63,554 bases of DNA, filler included, from Choristocarpus tenellus KU-1152 (GCA_964200185.2; 9 parts of 9 records of this genome joined end to end with filler, not necessarily neighbours in it), one strand, 5' to 3'; shown: positions 11,153-24,105, counted from the whole stretch's first letter. Program-made: numbers and translations. Notes: generated by a model not told the origin, from the letters alone.

Positions 11153-12472
11153 ATGATGGAAGCCGACCAATCAGCACTGTTCATGAGGTGGCTTACCCAA
11201 TCAGGAAGGGTACTATGCTGTTATCTCCTCCTTATCTTGGAAGCACCGTTTTCCAATCCTGCTATGTTGTGTTACAGTGCTTGGATCGATTTTCTTGCTT
11301 TTGCGAGTGGTCTCATGATTATGCATTTTTCTGTTTTTTTTTTCCAATGACAAAGGACACCCCTGTGCACACCTGGTATAAAGCAACTTTCTGTCGAAGA
11401 GAATACTTAGACCTTTCTGGTTGCATGGTGTGCAGACAAGAGCATTCGCAAGATACAAATGGTAAAACTGTGTCAGTATGGTCTTGGATTTACGATCCAG
11501 TGAAACAACCGAATTTTCTTTTCTGGAAAATTTCAGTCTTCCCCCTCAAGCCTCCTCGGATACAATGTCACTATTTTTTACGGTATACTACTTTGTCTGC
11601 AAACACTGCTGCTCCTGGAAACTCGGCCCCTTCTGCTGGAACGTATCCAGGATGAGAAGGCACTGAAAGCTCTCATGTATGTCCCGGAGTCATGGCGCTT
11701 GTTTTGTGTGCTGGAGACCATCGCACTCAGCTTTGCACTCGGGGTGACTTTCGCCATACTGACAGAGAAGAACATATCGGATAAAAACGACATCTGTGTG
11801 AATATTCAGTGCCTGTTCTTCACTATGGCAGCTATACCGTTTCACATAGTGGGTGTCACAATGGCTGCATCAGCGGTCTACGGTCTCCTGTCATTTTTTG
11901 TCCAGGCCTGTAGGGTAGGTAAAGAATGCATTCCTCCACACCAAGTGGGGTCGACTTGTGTCATTGCCGTGTGGATCGTGGCATGGTGGATTGATGTACT
12001 TGGTTCATCTGTTGGTTTGTATGACGACGTGATACGTAACGACCATCTTTTTTTTGTTGGGACCGCTTACAACTATGCCCTTTTTTTTTTGGCACAGTTT
12101 GCACTTGTAGTCGGTTTTGCCCTCCACACAACTGCGTATTTTATGGGTTGGCCTGATCGCCCACACACTCCTGCTGCTCTTGTTGGCACTGGTCTTGCCC
12201 AATGGGTATCATATACCATTGTTGAGATACTGGCGAGCCTCCCAGATTCTCAAGGGTATGTATTGTACATCGTTTTTTGTTCACTGGTTGTCCTTGGCAT
12301 TGTAGCCACAGTGGTGTGCAGGACGTTGAGGTCCTCCATGTGGCATCTGAGTGAGGGGTGGGATAGAAAAAGGCAGTGGAAAAGGATTGGGTTCTGGACA
12401 GTGGCGGGGATGTATGGGCACATCCTCTACTATTACGCTATCCTGTTTGGAGTTGAATACGAGGAGTTGTAG
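11153..12472 (+). pseudogene. Intronless polytopic membrane protein frame with three in-frame stops; the 3' 265-aa ORF (11675-12472) is intact
   Basis: One frame runs from ATG 11153 to stop 12472, interrupted only by TGA 11348, TAG 11408 and TGA 11501. Hydrophobic TM-like segments occur throughout, including between and after the stops. Confidence 0.55.
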
Positions 12473-13327
12473 AGCTTAGAAGATAATTTTATTCAGATGT
12501 GTATACACGTCATGTTGGTGTGGATGGCGGAAAGTTTCAAGGCTTGCTTGTTGAGTTATTTATGGAATTGTTCCTATCAAGGCCAGAACATTATAGGAGG
12601 TCAATTCAATCACGTAAGTGATGAGATGTCTCCTATCCATCCCCAACCCCCCAAACATTTGAGTAGTATGAAGAGGAAGGAAGGCTTGCGTCTCTCTGCC
12701 CCTTTTGCATTAGTTTGTGCCCCCATATGGCACTTTGAAGTGCCAGGTTCAGTATGTGTCCCACTAGTTTGAATTTGGAAATATTGTCAATAGTCAATTT
12801 TTAGGTAGGGAAACGAAAAAGGTTTGCGACTTGAGGAAATCACCCCCTGAGCTTTCTCCGCCATGATGCGTGTTGTTGTCCTTCCTGTTTTCCACCTAGG
12901 TAGAGCACTGTGCTAGAACTCCTCAGACTTGAACTGATTCGAATTTTGTTGTATGTAGACTCGATAAATGGAGAACAAGCTGGAGTTGGTTTTATGCCAT
13001 AGGTACCCTTGCCCTCAATCCCCAACGGTGCTATTACCCTGGTACAAATTTGGACTTGTGTAAGATTTTGCTCTTTCTTGCTTGTGGTTCACTTGTTGAC
13101 TTTAGTCCATGACATGTGACTCGTGAGAGTACTTCGATATTGTTGTTAGGACATTCATGGTACTAGGGTATAATTGACATCATCAAGATATTTTGTTTTG
13201 GGAGGGACGTGATTCTCGCATAATATTCATTTATCCATGGCAAGGAAAAAAGAGGTATGACTGAACTTGAATGCAAGCATTAGATGGTACACCCCACGCA
13301 ACTGGTCACTCCTCAAAAAGTCAAACT

Positions 13328-13555
13328 GAGAGGTAGGCAGGGTCACATTTGGAGGATCCCGAGAAAGGGGTACAAGATGCCATTTGTACACAATTAATTG
13401 CAGAGCATTTGCTGAAGTGGGGTGTCACTTTGTTTAAGGGGGGAACATAATTTTCGTGAACACTATTGTGCACGTTAAGCAATGAAATAAAGTGTATTGC
13501 ACAGGGAAAGAAAGATGAGTTGGGATGAAAAAGGGCCCAAACCTGTTCACCTCTC
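13328..13555 (+). mobile_element. MITE family D (~228 bp, GAGAGGT.. TIR)
   Basis: Ends gagaggtaggcagg / cctgttcacctctc; homologous to 14341-14570 (inverted) and 40247-40474. Confidence 0.7.
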
Positions 13556-14340
13556 GATTGGTTCGTCTCTCTCTTCTGCAACAAGTTATTGTATTCACAT
13601 TTAGTCAAGGTCTTGCGATTCTCTCATCTACTCCCGACCATGACCTCGGCTCCCTTGGTCTCCTCCGTCAAGTCGTACATCAATCCTTTTGCTTCTGAGA
13701 AGTGAGTTCTGGTTTTTTAATTTCAAAAATGTTGGGGTACTTCCAAGTCTTTTTCAATAATACTTACTTTTGTACATCTATACATACACAGTATTATTGC
13801 TGTGTAGAAGGTTCATGAAGGCATACGTGTCGACGTTCAGGGGAAGAGTGCACTATTTTTAGTATTTTTTTCTTTATTTTTGTTATTATTGTTTTGTTTT
13901 TTTTAGTATTACAGTTAATATTATTATTACTCACATTTAGTTTGGAATTTCTCCACTACCTCCTCTGCCCTACCTAGCCCATTGACCTGTTGTCTGATGT
14001 CAGTGCTCCATGCACCTTTTCTTAAACCCGTCAAACTACTTGTTCCACTGCAACAAATTGCACTGCCATCTCTTGTGTATGCTGATATTTTCTTGCTTGC
14101 TGGATTCCGGCAGCCCCCATCTACTTGTCCCTCCACCTTCTTCCTCAAGTCTGGTGCATCTCCCTGTTGTGTCCAAAATGAATCTTCATTCATATCCAGA
14201 ATATTTAAGATAGTCAAGTAAAGGTATACCTTTCCAATGCACATGCTAAAAAAAAGGAGACCCTTGAACGATCAAAGAGCTTCGTTCTTTGCAATCAATA
14301 TACTGCAGTAGTAGCTAGCGCTAAATGAACAAAATCAATT

Positions 14341-14570
14341 GAGAGGTACGCAGGTTTGGACCCTTTTGCACTCTAAGTCATCTTTCTTGTACTGTGCAAT
14401 ACTCTATTTCATTGATTAATGTGCACAATAGTCTACACAATTTTGACATTCCCCCTCTTTCTACATGCAAGGTGACAACGCAAGTCAGCAAAAGCTCTTC
14501 ATGCAATTGTAAAAATGGTATATTATGGCCCTTTCTCGGAACCTTTATAATGCGACCCTGCCTACGTCTC
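14341..14570 (-). mobile_element. MITE family D, inverted copy
   Basis: Ends gagaggtacgcagg / cctgcctacgtctc; flanks aatt / gatt. Confidence 0.7.
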
Positions 14571-16175
14571 GATTTGACTAAAACGTAAAATGGTCGATAC
14601 CATCTGTAACTATCATCGTATTGCACCCTTATCTCTACCTCGGAGTGATATCTTTTTACTTATTTGAAGAGAAAAAATAAATAAAGGGTTGCACGATCAT
14701 TTCCGTAGAAATGGTTCCACCTTTCTCTGTAGATTATCAAAGGGAGGGTGCAGGTAATTGTCATGCGACTTGCAGTTCAACTTTAGCACTACCCAGCAAC
14801 CGAGGACGTCCCTCTTTCCTTTATTAGTGTGATACGTACAGGTGCTGAGCAGTGTCAGAGTTGGATTCTATAGTGCAACACATCTTTTTCTTTCCGTCGT
14901 ATTTGCCCATCAGATCTGGCAATGCCACAACATCAATGACATCATATCCCAAGTATTGCGGACTAGTATCAGTAACAGCAGTAGCGCATTTATCTCTAGG
15001 TTTCTCTTGGCTACCCTTCTTACCTGCACCTCTTTGTATCTACTTTTTCGTAATTCTTTTCTTTTCTTTCATATTTCTTCTACCTCGATTCTTCTCAAGC
15101 ATTGTGTAAGAACGATATTGCTTTTCCTCGAGCTATCTGTATCTTTCGACCACGCGTAGGTCTAGGGCCTTCTCCGATCAATAACAAAAAAATAAATATA
15201 AAAATAAAACACAACAGAAGGGTGGAACCAGCCAGGTCTGATCAAGTGGGGCTGACATGGACCACTCCCTTTGCAACAATGTGTTTTAACCTAAGGCAGT
15301 CCATTCCATCATTCTACTCTCTGATGATCCTGAACTCATCCTGCCATAACCAAGTATTCCATGTGCACTGGCCTGCAACCTAGTCAGGTTACCACTCTGA
15401 TGGTCAGCTTGTCCTATTGAATAAAATTCCATCCCCAACCCTGGCAGGGTCCTGCCACATATATCCTGATCTGGTGAGAAGCCCTGCAAAGATCAAAGGA
15501 CTGTGCTGAAATTGCTGACTGACAGATGTGTGTGGTCTCTTCTTGTACATTGGTAATTGACTACCCACAATCACATTACAACAAGATGGTAAGTGTCAAA
15601 GGCAATGTGATTGATCATACCTCACAGAAATATTTGCTTGACTCAACAAACTACACATGACTACAGGCTGTTTCATGGGAGGCAAGTTGCCATCCTGCCT
15701 TGCCTCGAGTAAATGAGTGACATCGCTAGATTGTAATGGAGATTACGCACCTTCTTTTTCAACAGAGCGCATCTTACTGCTTGGTCATGTAGTCCTCTGG
15801 GTGTTCTCATCTACCCTCCTGTATGATTTGTTGCATTCTCAAAAGCTAACCTACTTACAACATGAAAGTGTAATCATGCAGGGGGTTCAGGTACAACGAG
15901 AGCTCATTGCGCTCTTGAATGGAGGGCAATGCCTTTCACCGCTTTGAAGTATTTCGATGCATCATGTTTCAACAAGCCCCCCCCCCCCTATTGCCTCTTA
16001 CCATGTGCATCACTCTTGGAAAAAGGCGACAAATACTTCCTGGGCTTACTTCTAGTAACAGATACATACGATTAATACATAAGCTACTCACTTGCACCAC
16101 ACACCTTGAATTATCCACACCACACAAAAAACTCACAACTGAGTACACAAAAGCTAAAAACAACACACAACATAC

Positions 16176-16178
<3 letters not shown>

Positions 16179-16215
<37 letters not shown>
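16179..16215 (+). repeat. (AG)n microsatellite
   Basis: Direct observation. Confidence 0.95.
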
Positions 16216-16221
<6 letters not shown>

Positions 16222-17581
16222 GCTCACAAACTATACCCCAATGAAAACTTAACACCAAGGAGAGTGTAACCGCCATCAGTAACCACTATGTGAAGTACAG
16301 AGATGTGACAGCTCTTGTAGCATTGATTCGAAGCCCCAAAGGTGCCAACACTATCGACACAACAAGCAGAACCACGATCCCCACCACTGGGTATAAAAAC
16401 ACCTCCGTCTTGTGCAGGAATGGAAGAGCTGGAAAAAGACAACATACCAACAGCACGGTTCAATCAAGTACAGGGGTCAGGATGGGGGCACAAAGGGACC
16501 TTTTGCTGATCACCTCATACTCATAACCACGATTGGACAAGATAAATGTTGTTGTAAAAGACATCTGGAAGCTAAGGGTCTCAATGCGCAGCCTATGCCC
16601 CCAGTACTCATTTAGCTTCATTACAATTATCACCAAGGAGGACAATCAGCGAAGAAGATAGGGAGGGCCCAACTGTGGTCTGCAGTAAGGTATGATACAA
16701 ATGTTGAAAAAACCTTGATACCATTTTGAGTATGAGTTATACCTACAGCCAACTACTCCATATTATTACACTGTGAAACCAGCCCCCCACTTCTTCAGAC
16801 AGCAGAAATATGCCTTTTTTTATTTTTCTAACTTGGTGGCCCACCCCCCAAAACAGTCATACTTCTTTTCACAGTCCCTTTAGAGATTGTCGACACCAGA
16901 ATTGGATCATTTTCCAACACACTCTGTCCTTTCGGAAGCTAAATGCTCCAACCTGTCCACCCCTAGAGAGCTCCTTCCTTCACCCTTAAACAACTCACGA
17001 AATTGAGGTCCCCTCCCAGACAACACCGACAAGCCTTTTCTAAACATTTTCTCAACATGGCAAGCACCAGATTCTCATGTCTCGAACATCACCTTGCCAG
17101 TAAAAATCATTATTACCTCTTACTGTATGGTACACTAATTAGCAGGGTGACACTACAAAACAGGTGACAAAAACCTAAACCTAGCGTTCTCTTTTTATTG
17201 CCAGGCTGGAACCACTCGGGTTGTGGAAAAATAATCAAAATAATCCAACCCAGAAAAGGACCACAATGTCTTCCTTTACAAGGGATAGTCTACCATAAGA
17301 GCAAGTGGCTGAGTGAGGGATGAAGAGCCAATCAAATAACACTTTGCTGTATCACTTGCTGTTTTAGTTCTTTAAACATGCTCGCCCCCACCAAAAAATT
17401 TCAAGTCTTGAAGCGTCGTCCCTCAGAGCACTGTTTGGACTCTGAAAAGGCACAATCAAGAAAAATCTACGTATGCTATGTACTCATGTCTAGCGTGCCA
17501 CACATCAGTTTACGGAGACATCGATGCAAACAGTCACCAAGATAATCCTTACTCCTGAATCACTTCCGTATTACTCCCCCC

Positions 17582-17618
<37 letters not shown>

Positions 17619-17745
17619 ACCGCCCCGCCGAAAACAAAAAAAAGANNNNNNNNNNNNNNNNNNNNNNNNNNNNNNNNNNNNNNNNNNNNTTAATTAATTA
17701 ANNNNNNNNNNNNNNNNNNNNNNNNNNNNNNNNNNNNNNNNNNNN

Positions 17746-17995
17746 CATGGAAACCCACTTAGAGTATGCTTCTGAGGAATAGATATGAATGCATGTATTA
17801 TGTAGGTATTTTTACAACAGGCCACGCCTTGTATATGGCATGGAAACCCACTTAGAGTATGCTTCTGAGGAATAGATATGAGTGCATGTATTATGTAGGT
17901 ATTTTTACAACAGGCCACGCCTTGTATATGGCATGGAAACCCACTTAGAGTATGCTTTTGAGGAATAGATAAGAGTGCATGTATTCTTTAGATAT
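17746..17995 (+). repeat. 93-bp tandem minisatellite, at least 2.6 copies, truncated by the contig start
   Basis: Unit catggaaacccacttagagtatgc... recurs at 17746, 17839 and 17932, nearly identical. Confidence 0.95.
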
Positions 17996-18884
17996 TTGTG
18001 TACCTATGTATCTATCTATGTATGTGTGTACAACATCACAATTTGATACTTTACACTGCAATGAGTTCAAATGTTGAGGTGATGTGATAGAAGGTACTGT
18101 TTGTCACAGGTGGTACTGTGATGTTTTTTTTGTTTGTTAGGGTTAGGGTAGTGGTACATGTTTCTGGTGTGGAGCTCTCTGCTGAGGCTATTCCGAGACC
18201 AAGGACTGGATAGGTACACGTTTCTAAGAATAGTCCAGGACTGTTCGTCGATGTAATGGCTTCATTGGTTTAGGGTTAGGGTTTTGGTTATTTGTGGTCC
18301 TTTTTGTGTTTGTGTCCACCTTGAGACCAGTCCCATTAGAATATTACACTTGGAAGGCATGTTTTGTTTGACTCTCAATGACATTCTAAGAAGTGTTATT
18401 CCTCTCATTTTTGTGGAAAGAATTAAAGGGTTAGGATTAGGGTTAGATCTTGTACAAGACATTTTCTCGAGTGACATAACTCTTTTTTTTCTTGAATGGA
18501 GATAGACTTGAAACCCCCTTCCTGTTCTGCACTAACTATTTATTCAAAGATTTTTGAGTGTTGAAGTTATACTTTAGCTCCTTGCTTTTTGAAACATCAA
18601 TATGATGCAATTTGTAGTGTCCTTGAGAAAGATTTTATAATTTTAATAACCTGAGAGGTAATATTCACGTACTTGCAGCAGACAGAAGGAATAGTCCAGT
18701 CAACGTGGGGGGGGGCTTTGTTCACCTCTTGACATTAAAAATACTGGAGATGTGTTTAACTCATGAAAACATTTTATTAGTTGTAGATATCTATGTATGT
18801 ATGTATGTCGATCGCAATATGTTTGTGTTTTTACATGATACACATTTATTTATTTTTGTGCCTTCCCCTAACCCTAACCCTCAG

Positions 18885-20695
18885 ATGACGGAGGTGTTCA
18901 GGGACATTTGTGCCACCGACTGGACGCAGTCATCAGCTGTGCATCCAACGGTGGCTGCGGCAGCCAAGCTGCTCTGTGTGAGTGTGTTGCTGGCAGTAGA
19001 TAGATGGCTCGCATCCAAGATCGACCCCATCCATCATGGTGCATGCAGCAGGCACCAGCATGGTGCAGTGAGAGGATTGTCACCCAAGTCCAAGAGGAGA
19101 AAGGTCAGGAGAGGGGCATTGGTGTTGGCCAAGGTGGTGTTGGGGCAAGGTTGTTGTCTCTGTAGTCTGTTGTAGTTGGGGGGGGGGGGGGGGTTTGGGG
19201 AGGGGAGTTGGGGGGTGTGATTGGGGGGGGGGGTGGTGGGGGGGGGGGTTTTGGTTTGATTTGGTTNNNNNNNNNNGGGCATTGGTGTTGGCCAAGGTGG
19301 TGTTGGGGCAAGGTTGTTGTCTCTGTAGTCTGTTGTAGTTGGGGGGGGGGGGGGTATTGGTGAAGCGAGTTGGGAGGTCTGCTTGTGTGGTATGATAGTT
19401 AGGGTTAGGGTTTTGATTTGATTTGATTTGATTTGCAATGATGTTTTTTTATTTCTTTAGAGTGGTAATAGTACAAGTGAATGAATGAGTGAGTGGGCCA
19501 ATTGGATTAAGTCATTTTCACTTTGGTTTGGTTTGGTTTGATATCCTTCTAGCCTCAGGCTAAGTATCAGGACCAAGACCAAGACATGGGAAAGACCACC
19601 CAGACAAGGACTCAATGTAAGGAATCAAGCACTCAAGGAGACCCTTGGGGACTAGGCACATCATCAAACAGCAAGAGCATGGTAAGAGGAGAAGGGGGCG
19701 GTGGAGGAGAAGGAGTCAGTGCAGCTACTGGTGGTACTGCTGCAAGTGACTGTGATGCAAACTCCAAAGGAGCTGGTACCAGGAAGGGCATCCTATCAAA
19801 ATCATATGATGTGCACCAGGTTGGTTACTGCTCTGGAGCTGACTCTGGGGCTTCTTGCAGCCCCAACTCGAAGACTAGAAGAAAGAGGGGGAGGCAGACT
19901 GGAGACACAGAGTCTGCAAATCATGATGTTGGCACTAGGGGAGAGGGGAGTCCAGAGCTGGGAGGGGGGGGTGTAGAAGTGGAGAGGGTAGTGGAAAATG
20001 TGCATGGAGGAGGTGATGAGAAAACTGCTGCAGATACAAGGCAGAGGGGGGAGGAGGAATGCAGTGGGCAGGGGGGAGGCGGTGACTCTGGTGACAAGAG
20101 CAGCGCTGATGGCACCCACACTCAGTCGACACAGAGGGATGCAGAGGTGATTTTGTGTGTGTGTGTCTGTGTGTTAGGGTGACTGTGACGGTTTGGGATG
20201 GGTAATGATGTAGAAAAAAAAAAAATCATTGTTTGTGGTTATTTGTAGTGGTGCAATGCCATAGGGTTAGGGTTATTCAGGGTAGGAAAAGCTTGAATGG
20301 TAATGCCCAGTCATTCTGTCCTACTAGTGATGGTGCACATGTATTTGCTTCTGGAGGTTAGGGTTAGGGTTAGGAGGGGTATAATTTTGTATGTATTTTT
20401 TTATCCTTATGGAGTGCACAGGGCGTTAAGGTTGGGGTTAGGGATACTTTATATTGGATACACACACACAAACGCCAATATTTTAGGCACTCGGATGTGT
20501 AGGATTTTTCTTGTGTTTTTTTAATGTTGATTTGTGATTTCATTGAATAGATTGGGATAACATGCTAACCCGTGCTAAACTAAATCAAGAATTATCTTAT
20601 TCGTGTAGGAAATTTCTTTGCCCAGCTCTAACCCTAACCCTAACCCTGACCCGGACTAACTTTTTCGTGTAAAAAATATAAATATAAAAAAAATG

Positions 20696-20726
<31 letters not shown>

Positions 20727-20897
20727 TTTTATATACGAGGAGCAGTCACATATACAAAAACAGGCTAGCCTACAGGTCCAGATGCATCAGTGGATACAAC
20801 AAGCTATGAACAGCTGGCCATCTGCCCCTGACGCTGCCCAGCTGCTGCTTAAACACATAATATGGATACACCGTGTAGGAGACCACATGTCTTCAGG
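18885..20897 (+). CDS. Internal exons of an uncharacterised protein (helical segments flanking a Gly/Ser/Glu-rich disordered exon)
   Basis: Exons 18885-19103, 19553-20146 and 20776-~20897 have AG/GT ends and phase-0 joins (MTEVFRDICATDW...; PQAKYQDQ...QRDAE; VQMHQWIQQAMNSWPSAPDAAQLLLKHIIW...). Confidence 0.5.
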
Positions 20898-21995
20898 GTT
20901 AGGGTTAGGGTTAGGGTTCTGGGACCAACAAAAGGGGGCAGAGAGGTGATGATGTTGATGGTGTTCCTTTTAATCCTAGCCCTAACCCTAACCCTAGCCC
21001 TGGTGTTTTGAATTTCTCGAGTGGAAGTGTTGATGGTGAAGTTCACGGGGGGGGGGGGGGGGGGGGGGGGGGTGTGGAGGGGGGGGGGGGGTTTGGTGCA
21101 TCACNNNNNNNNNNNNNNNNNNNNNNNNNNNNNNNNNNNNNNNNNNNNTTAATTAATTAANNNNNNNNNNNNNNNNNNNNNNNNNNNNNNNNNNNNNNNN
21201 NNNNAAGGTCAACAAAAAGTCTCACCCTTTCATTTTTCTAGGTACAACATCTGAAATTGTTGCACATATGCATTCAGACGTTTGCCTGCTTATAAAATCT
21301 AGAGATGACAAAAGGGGGTACAAGGATTTCAAGTAAAGTTGCTGGGAGAGTGTTAAGCGTACATCGTACAATATATACTTATAATTCATTAGTATTTTCA
21401 TATAGTTAAACATTATTATTGATCGAGAGGGGAATGGGTGGAATGCAATCATAGAATATAATAATAATAACGTTTAACCTAATGGTTTCGGCACAACCTT
21501 GAAAATGTTTCGCAACGAATTATCACGACTGAACGTATTGTTTCGAACTTATACCTTTGCGTAAATCAATAGCCTAGATCCAGAGATTTATTTGATGTGC
21601 TGATCGTCGATTAACTCGTTGGTCAACCTTTTCAAACATATCAAGATTGGTCACTGCCCTCATGTGCCGATTGAAATGTGACCATCCTCTTGCTGTCCTG
21701 TCTCATAGCAGTATGGCGATCATTATCTGGACTTGATTGTATCGGGGATCTTGTCCATATCATTGATTTAAACGGGGTTGTGGTTTATAGTATCTGGGGG
21801 GGTGGCGGCTGTCAAGTTGGGGCCATTTTTTCATGAAGCGATTTTTGGGTGATTGGGTTGCATACGTCAAATTGATCATGTAAGTGCACTTTTCCTGGTT
21901 TTGGTCAAAATGGACATCCTGGTGTAACCCCTCCCCCCCCTCACCTGGGTCTATCAACCTATTGTAGTTTGCACTGATTTGAGTTTTTGATGTAG

Positions 21996-23035
21996 ACGAT
22001 TCAATGCCTCAAGGTTGGTATTGCACAATATTGCAAGATGAAGGATACGCGCTGATCACGAACTTTTGTCCCATTGACCAAAGTTGTGTGCGTAGTGAGA
22101 TCTTGGCTGGCTGCATGCCCGTCATCATAGACAGTGGCTTCCGTTTGGTAGTCGCTCCATTCAACAGGTTGATAAATTACGATCAGATCATGATCACAGT
22201 GCCATCCCAGGTAAGGTCCTATCTCCACGGATGAACGAAAGAGGTATCTATGAGGGTTGAGGTCCGCAATGCTGGTGCTGAAACCAAGGTATTTGAACTG
22301 CTCACGAAGCACTACGCAGCTTGTCTACGTGGCCTTCAGTTTGTCGTATATGGCATGGATTGAGGGCACAGAAGCATTAGGCTGCACTGTTTGGTAGAGC
22401 TCTACTCTGACAAGAAGGTAAGGGTTAGGGTCAGCATCTGGTATAGTGGGCAACTGTTTGGGTAGACCAATTTTTCAAGTGTTTGCTCACAATGCTAAAA
22501 TCCATCATCGGTTATTGCTGGCGTGTATGATACTACCTATGTTCCTTTATTCTCTTCCTAATAATATGCTCTGTATGTCTTGTCGATACTACTCCCATCT
22601 AGCATGTATGCTGAACATGACCTCCACTCTATATTGGCCTCTCAGATATGGAACGAGGACCCAGTTGGCGCAGTGCATGAACTTTACACCCTCCCAGAAT
22701 GTAAGTTGAGGCCACTCTACGAGAGAATGATCGAGGCTCGAAAGGATCTGCTGTGGGAACATCCAGAAAGCAGGGTCGCAACTCATGGGCTGACAGAGAT
22801 CAAGGAAGATTGCCTCTCACCAGTAGGACCAAAAAACGTTCCCTACGAACCGCGAAAAAAATTTATGACAGACATCACACATTATAGTAGGGCTGGAATG
22901 TGGAACATCATCAGGGTTGAAAGGTGGACGGGACCATTTTTTCTGTCTAGTTCATGGTTTATATCGGTTGAAATATTTACAGACACATCGAGTCCAGTCC
23001 TAAGTATTCGAACATGTGTACAGTCAAACAGTTAG
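21996..23035 (+). CDS. Exostosin/GT47-like glycosyltransferase, 3' exons (divergent, possibly degenerate)
   Basis: Exon 21996-22210 encodes NFCP...SEILAGCMPVIIDSGFRLVVAPFNRLINYDQIMITVP, matching the GT47 pattern xAIxxGCxPVII...PF...I(D/N)(W/Y). It joins in phase 0 to the exon at 22646 (LYTLPECKLRPLYERMIEARKDLLW). Confidence 0.65.
22255..22440 (-). mobile_element. Possible non-LTR (RTE-like) reverse transcriptase remnant in an intron
   Basis: EQFKYLGFSTSIADL resembles the RT C-terminal F.YLG...ADL motif; the rest is decayed. Confidence 0.3.
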
Positions 23036-23558
23036 AGAGGTATCAGTGTCTTCTGATATCTATAGATGTTAAGAATATGCCTTTTATAAATGTTTAAAAG
23101 ATCACGTAGGAGAAACAACCAGTTCTTTGACTATGTTTCGATATCTCTGGATGATAAGAATATGCTTCTTATTCGTGTGTATTTACTCAACGTATCTGGG
23201 GGGGGGGGTGCCGGCGTCCGTTTTTTACCCTTAATAGAACATTCTGTAGGAGAAACAATAAGTTGTAAGACTTTGGTTCGATATATCTTGATGTAACAGC
23301 AGATTTCAAGAATTGAGGATGGGCTTGACCCAAAATTGACAGGGATAAAGTGTCGATATGTATTTTATTTTTTTTAAACATCGGGGATGTCCGCTTGTTT
23401 GATTGCCCTTGCCCCGATTGCGCTGAGCCAAGCTAGCTTTGCTTTCCAGAGATGTATTACTACGAAATATCGTTCATGCTACACTCTTCGGCGGTTGTTT
23501 CTAAGTTTGCAAACTCGTCAGCTACTTGAGAGTACAGCGGTGGAGGAATCGAGAACAC

Positions 23559-24105
23559 TCAAGAGGCTGCTCCTTTCCTCATGACCCCCGATGCGCTGCC
23601 CCCTCCCATATGCCCATCGTCATCCTCGTCATCCGAGCTTCCAATATCTGAATGGTACAAGGATTCCTCGAGCAGCTGGTCTTTTATGTCCTCTAGTATC
23701 GCATTGGCCACTCCATCGTTGTCTTTCATACCGATCCACGCTCTCGCTGCGTTGATGGAAGCCTGAGACGGTTTTCCACCGGGTTTCAGGTGCAGAGCGC
23801 CAAGAGCATCGGAGAGATCCTCCTTAATATATAGGGATACCTTGTGGGACGTACCTCTACAAGCAAAATGGCCACCTGTGATACTAGAGTACGCAGTACG
23901 GACATTACACAGTACGACAGAAACGCACGCAAAATATAAATAAATTCAATCGTGATCCTCCTCACCAGACAGTGCAGAAAGACAATTCAATCACGATTAC
24001 AGTCCACCTACTTTCAGACTGTCAATCCACACACTGACGCACCTCGATATATTTGGCACTCCTTGTAGACTTGGCGTCAGGCTTCAGTGTCTGCACTTTC
24101 TCCAT
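23559..24105 (-). CDS. Small uncharacterised protein or 3' end of a gene with an acidic tail
   Basis: Exon 24105-24043 (MEKVQTLKPDAKSTRSAKYIE, GT donor) joins in phase 0 to 23840-23559 (VSLYIKEDLSDALGALHLKPGG...SSDDEDDDG...AAS*) via an AAG acceptor. Confidence 0.45.

Noticed and set aside
11348-11503. Selenocysteine or alternative genetic code as an explanation for the in-frame stops
   Set aside because: The stops are mixed TGA and TAG, and conserved genes in the window terminate at TGA (TAP42, B55) and TAG (RRM gene).
17746-17995. Repeat arrays (also 32346-32440 and 24681-24766) as CRISPR
   Set aside because: Head-to-tail tandem units without unique spacers, no cas genes, eukaryotic context.
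19114-19353. ~75-bp direct duplication around a 10-N gap, with Pro-rich ORFs
   Set aside because: Likely an unmerged scaffold overlap next to poly-G; the ORFs are homopolymer artefacts.
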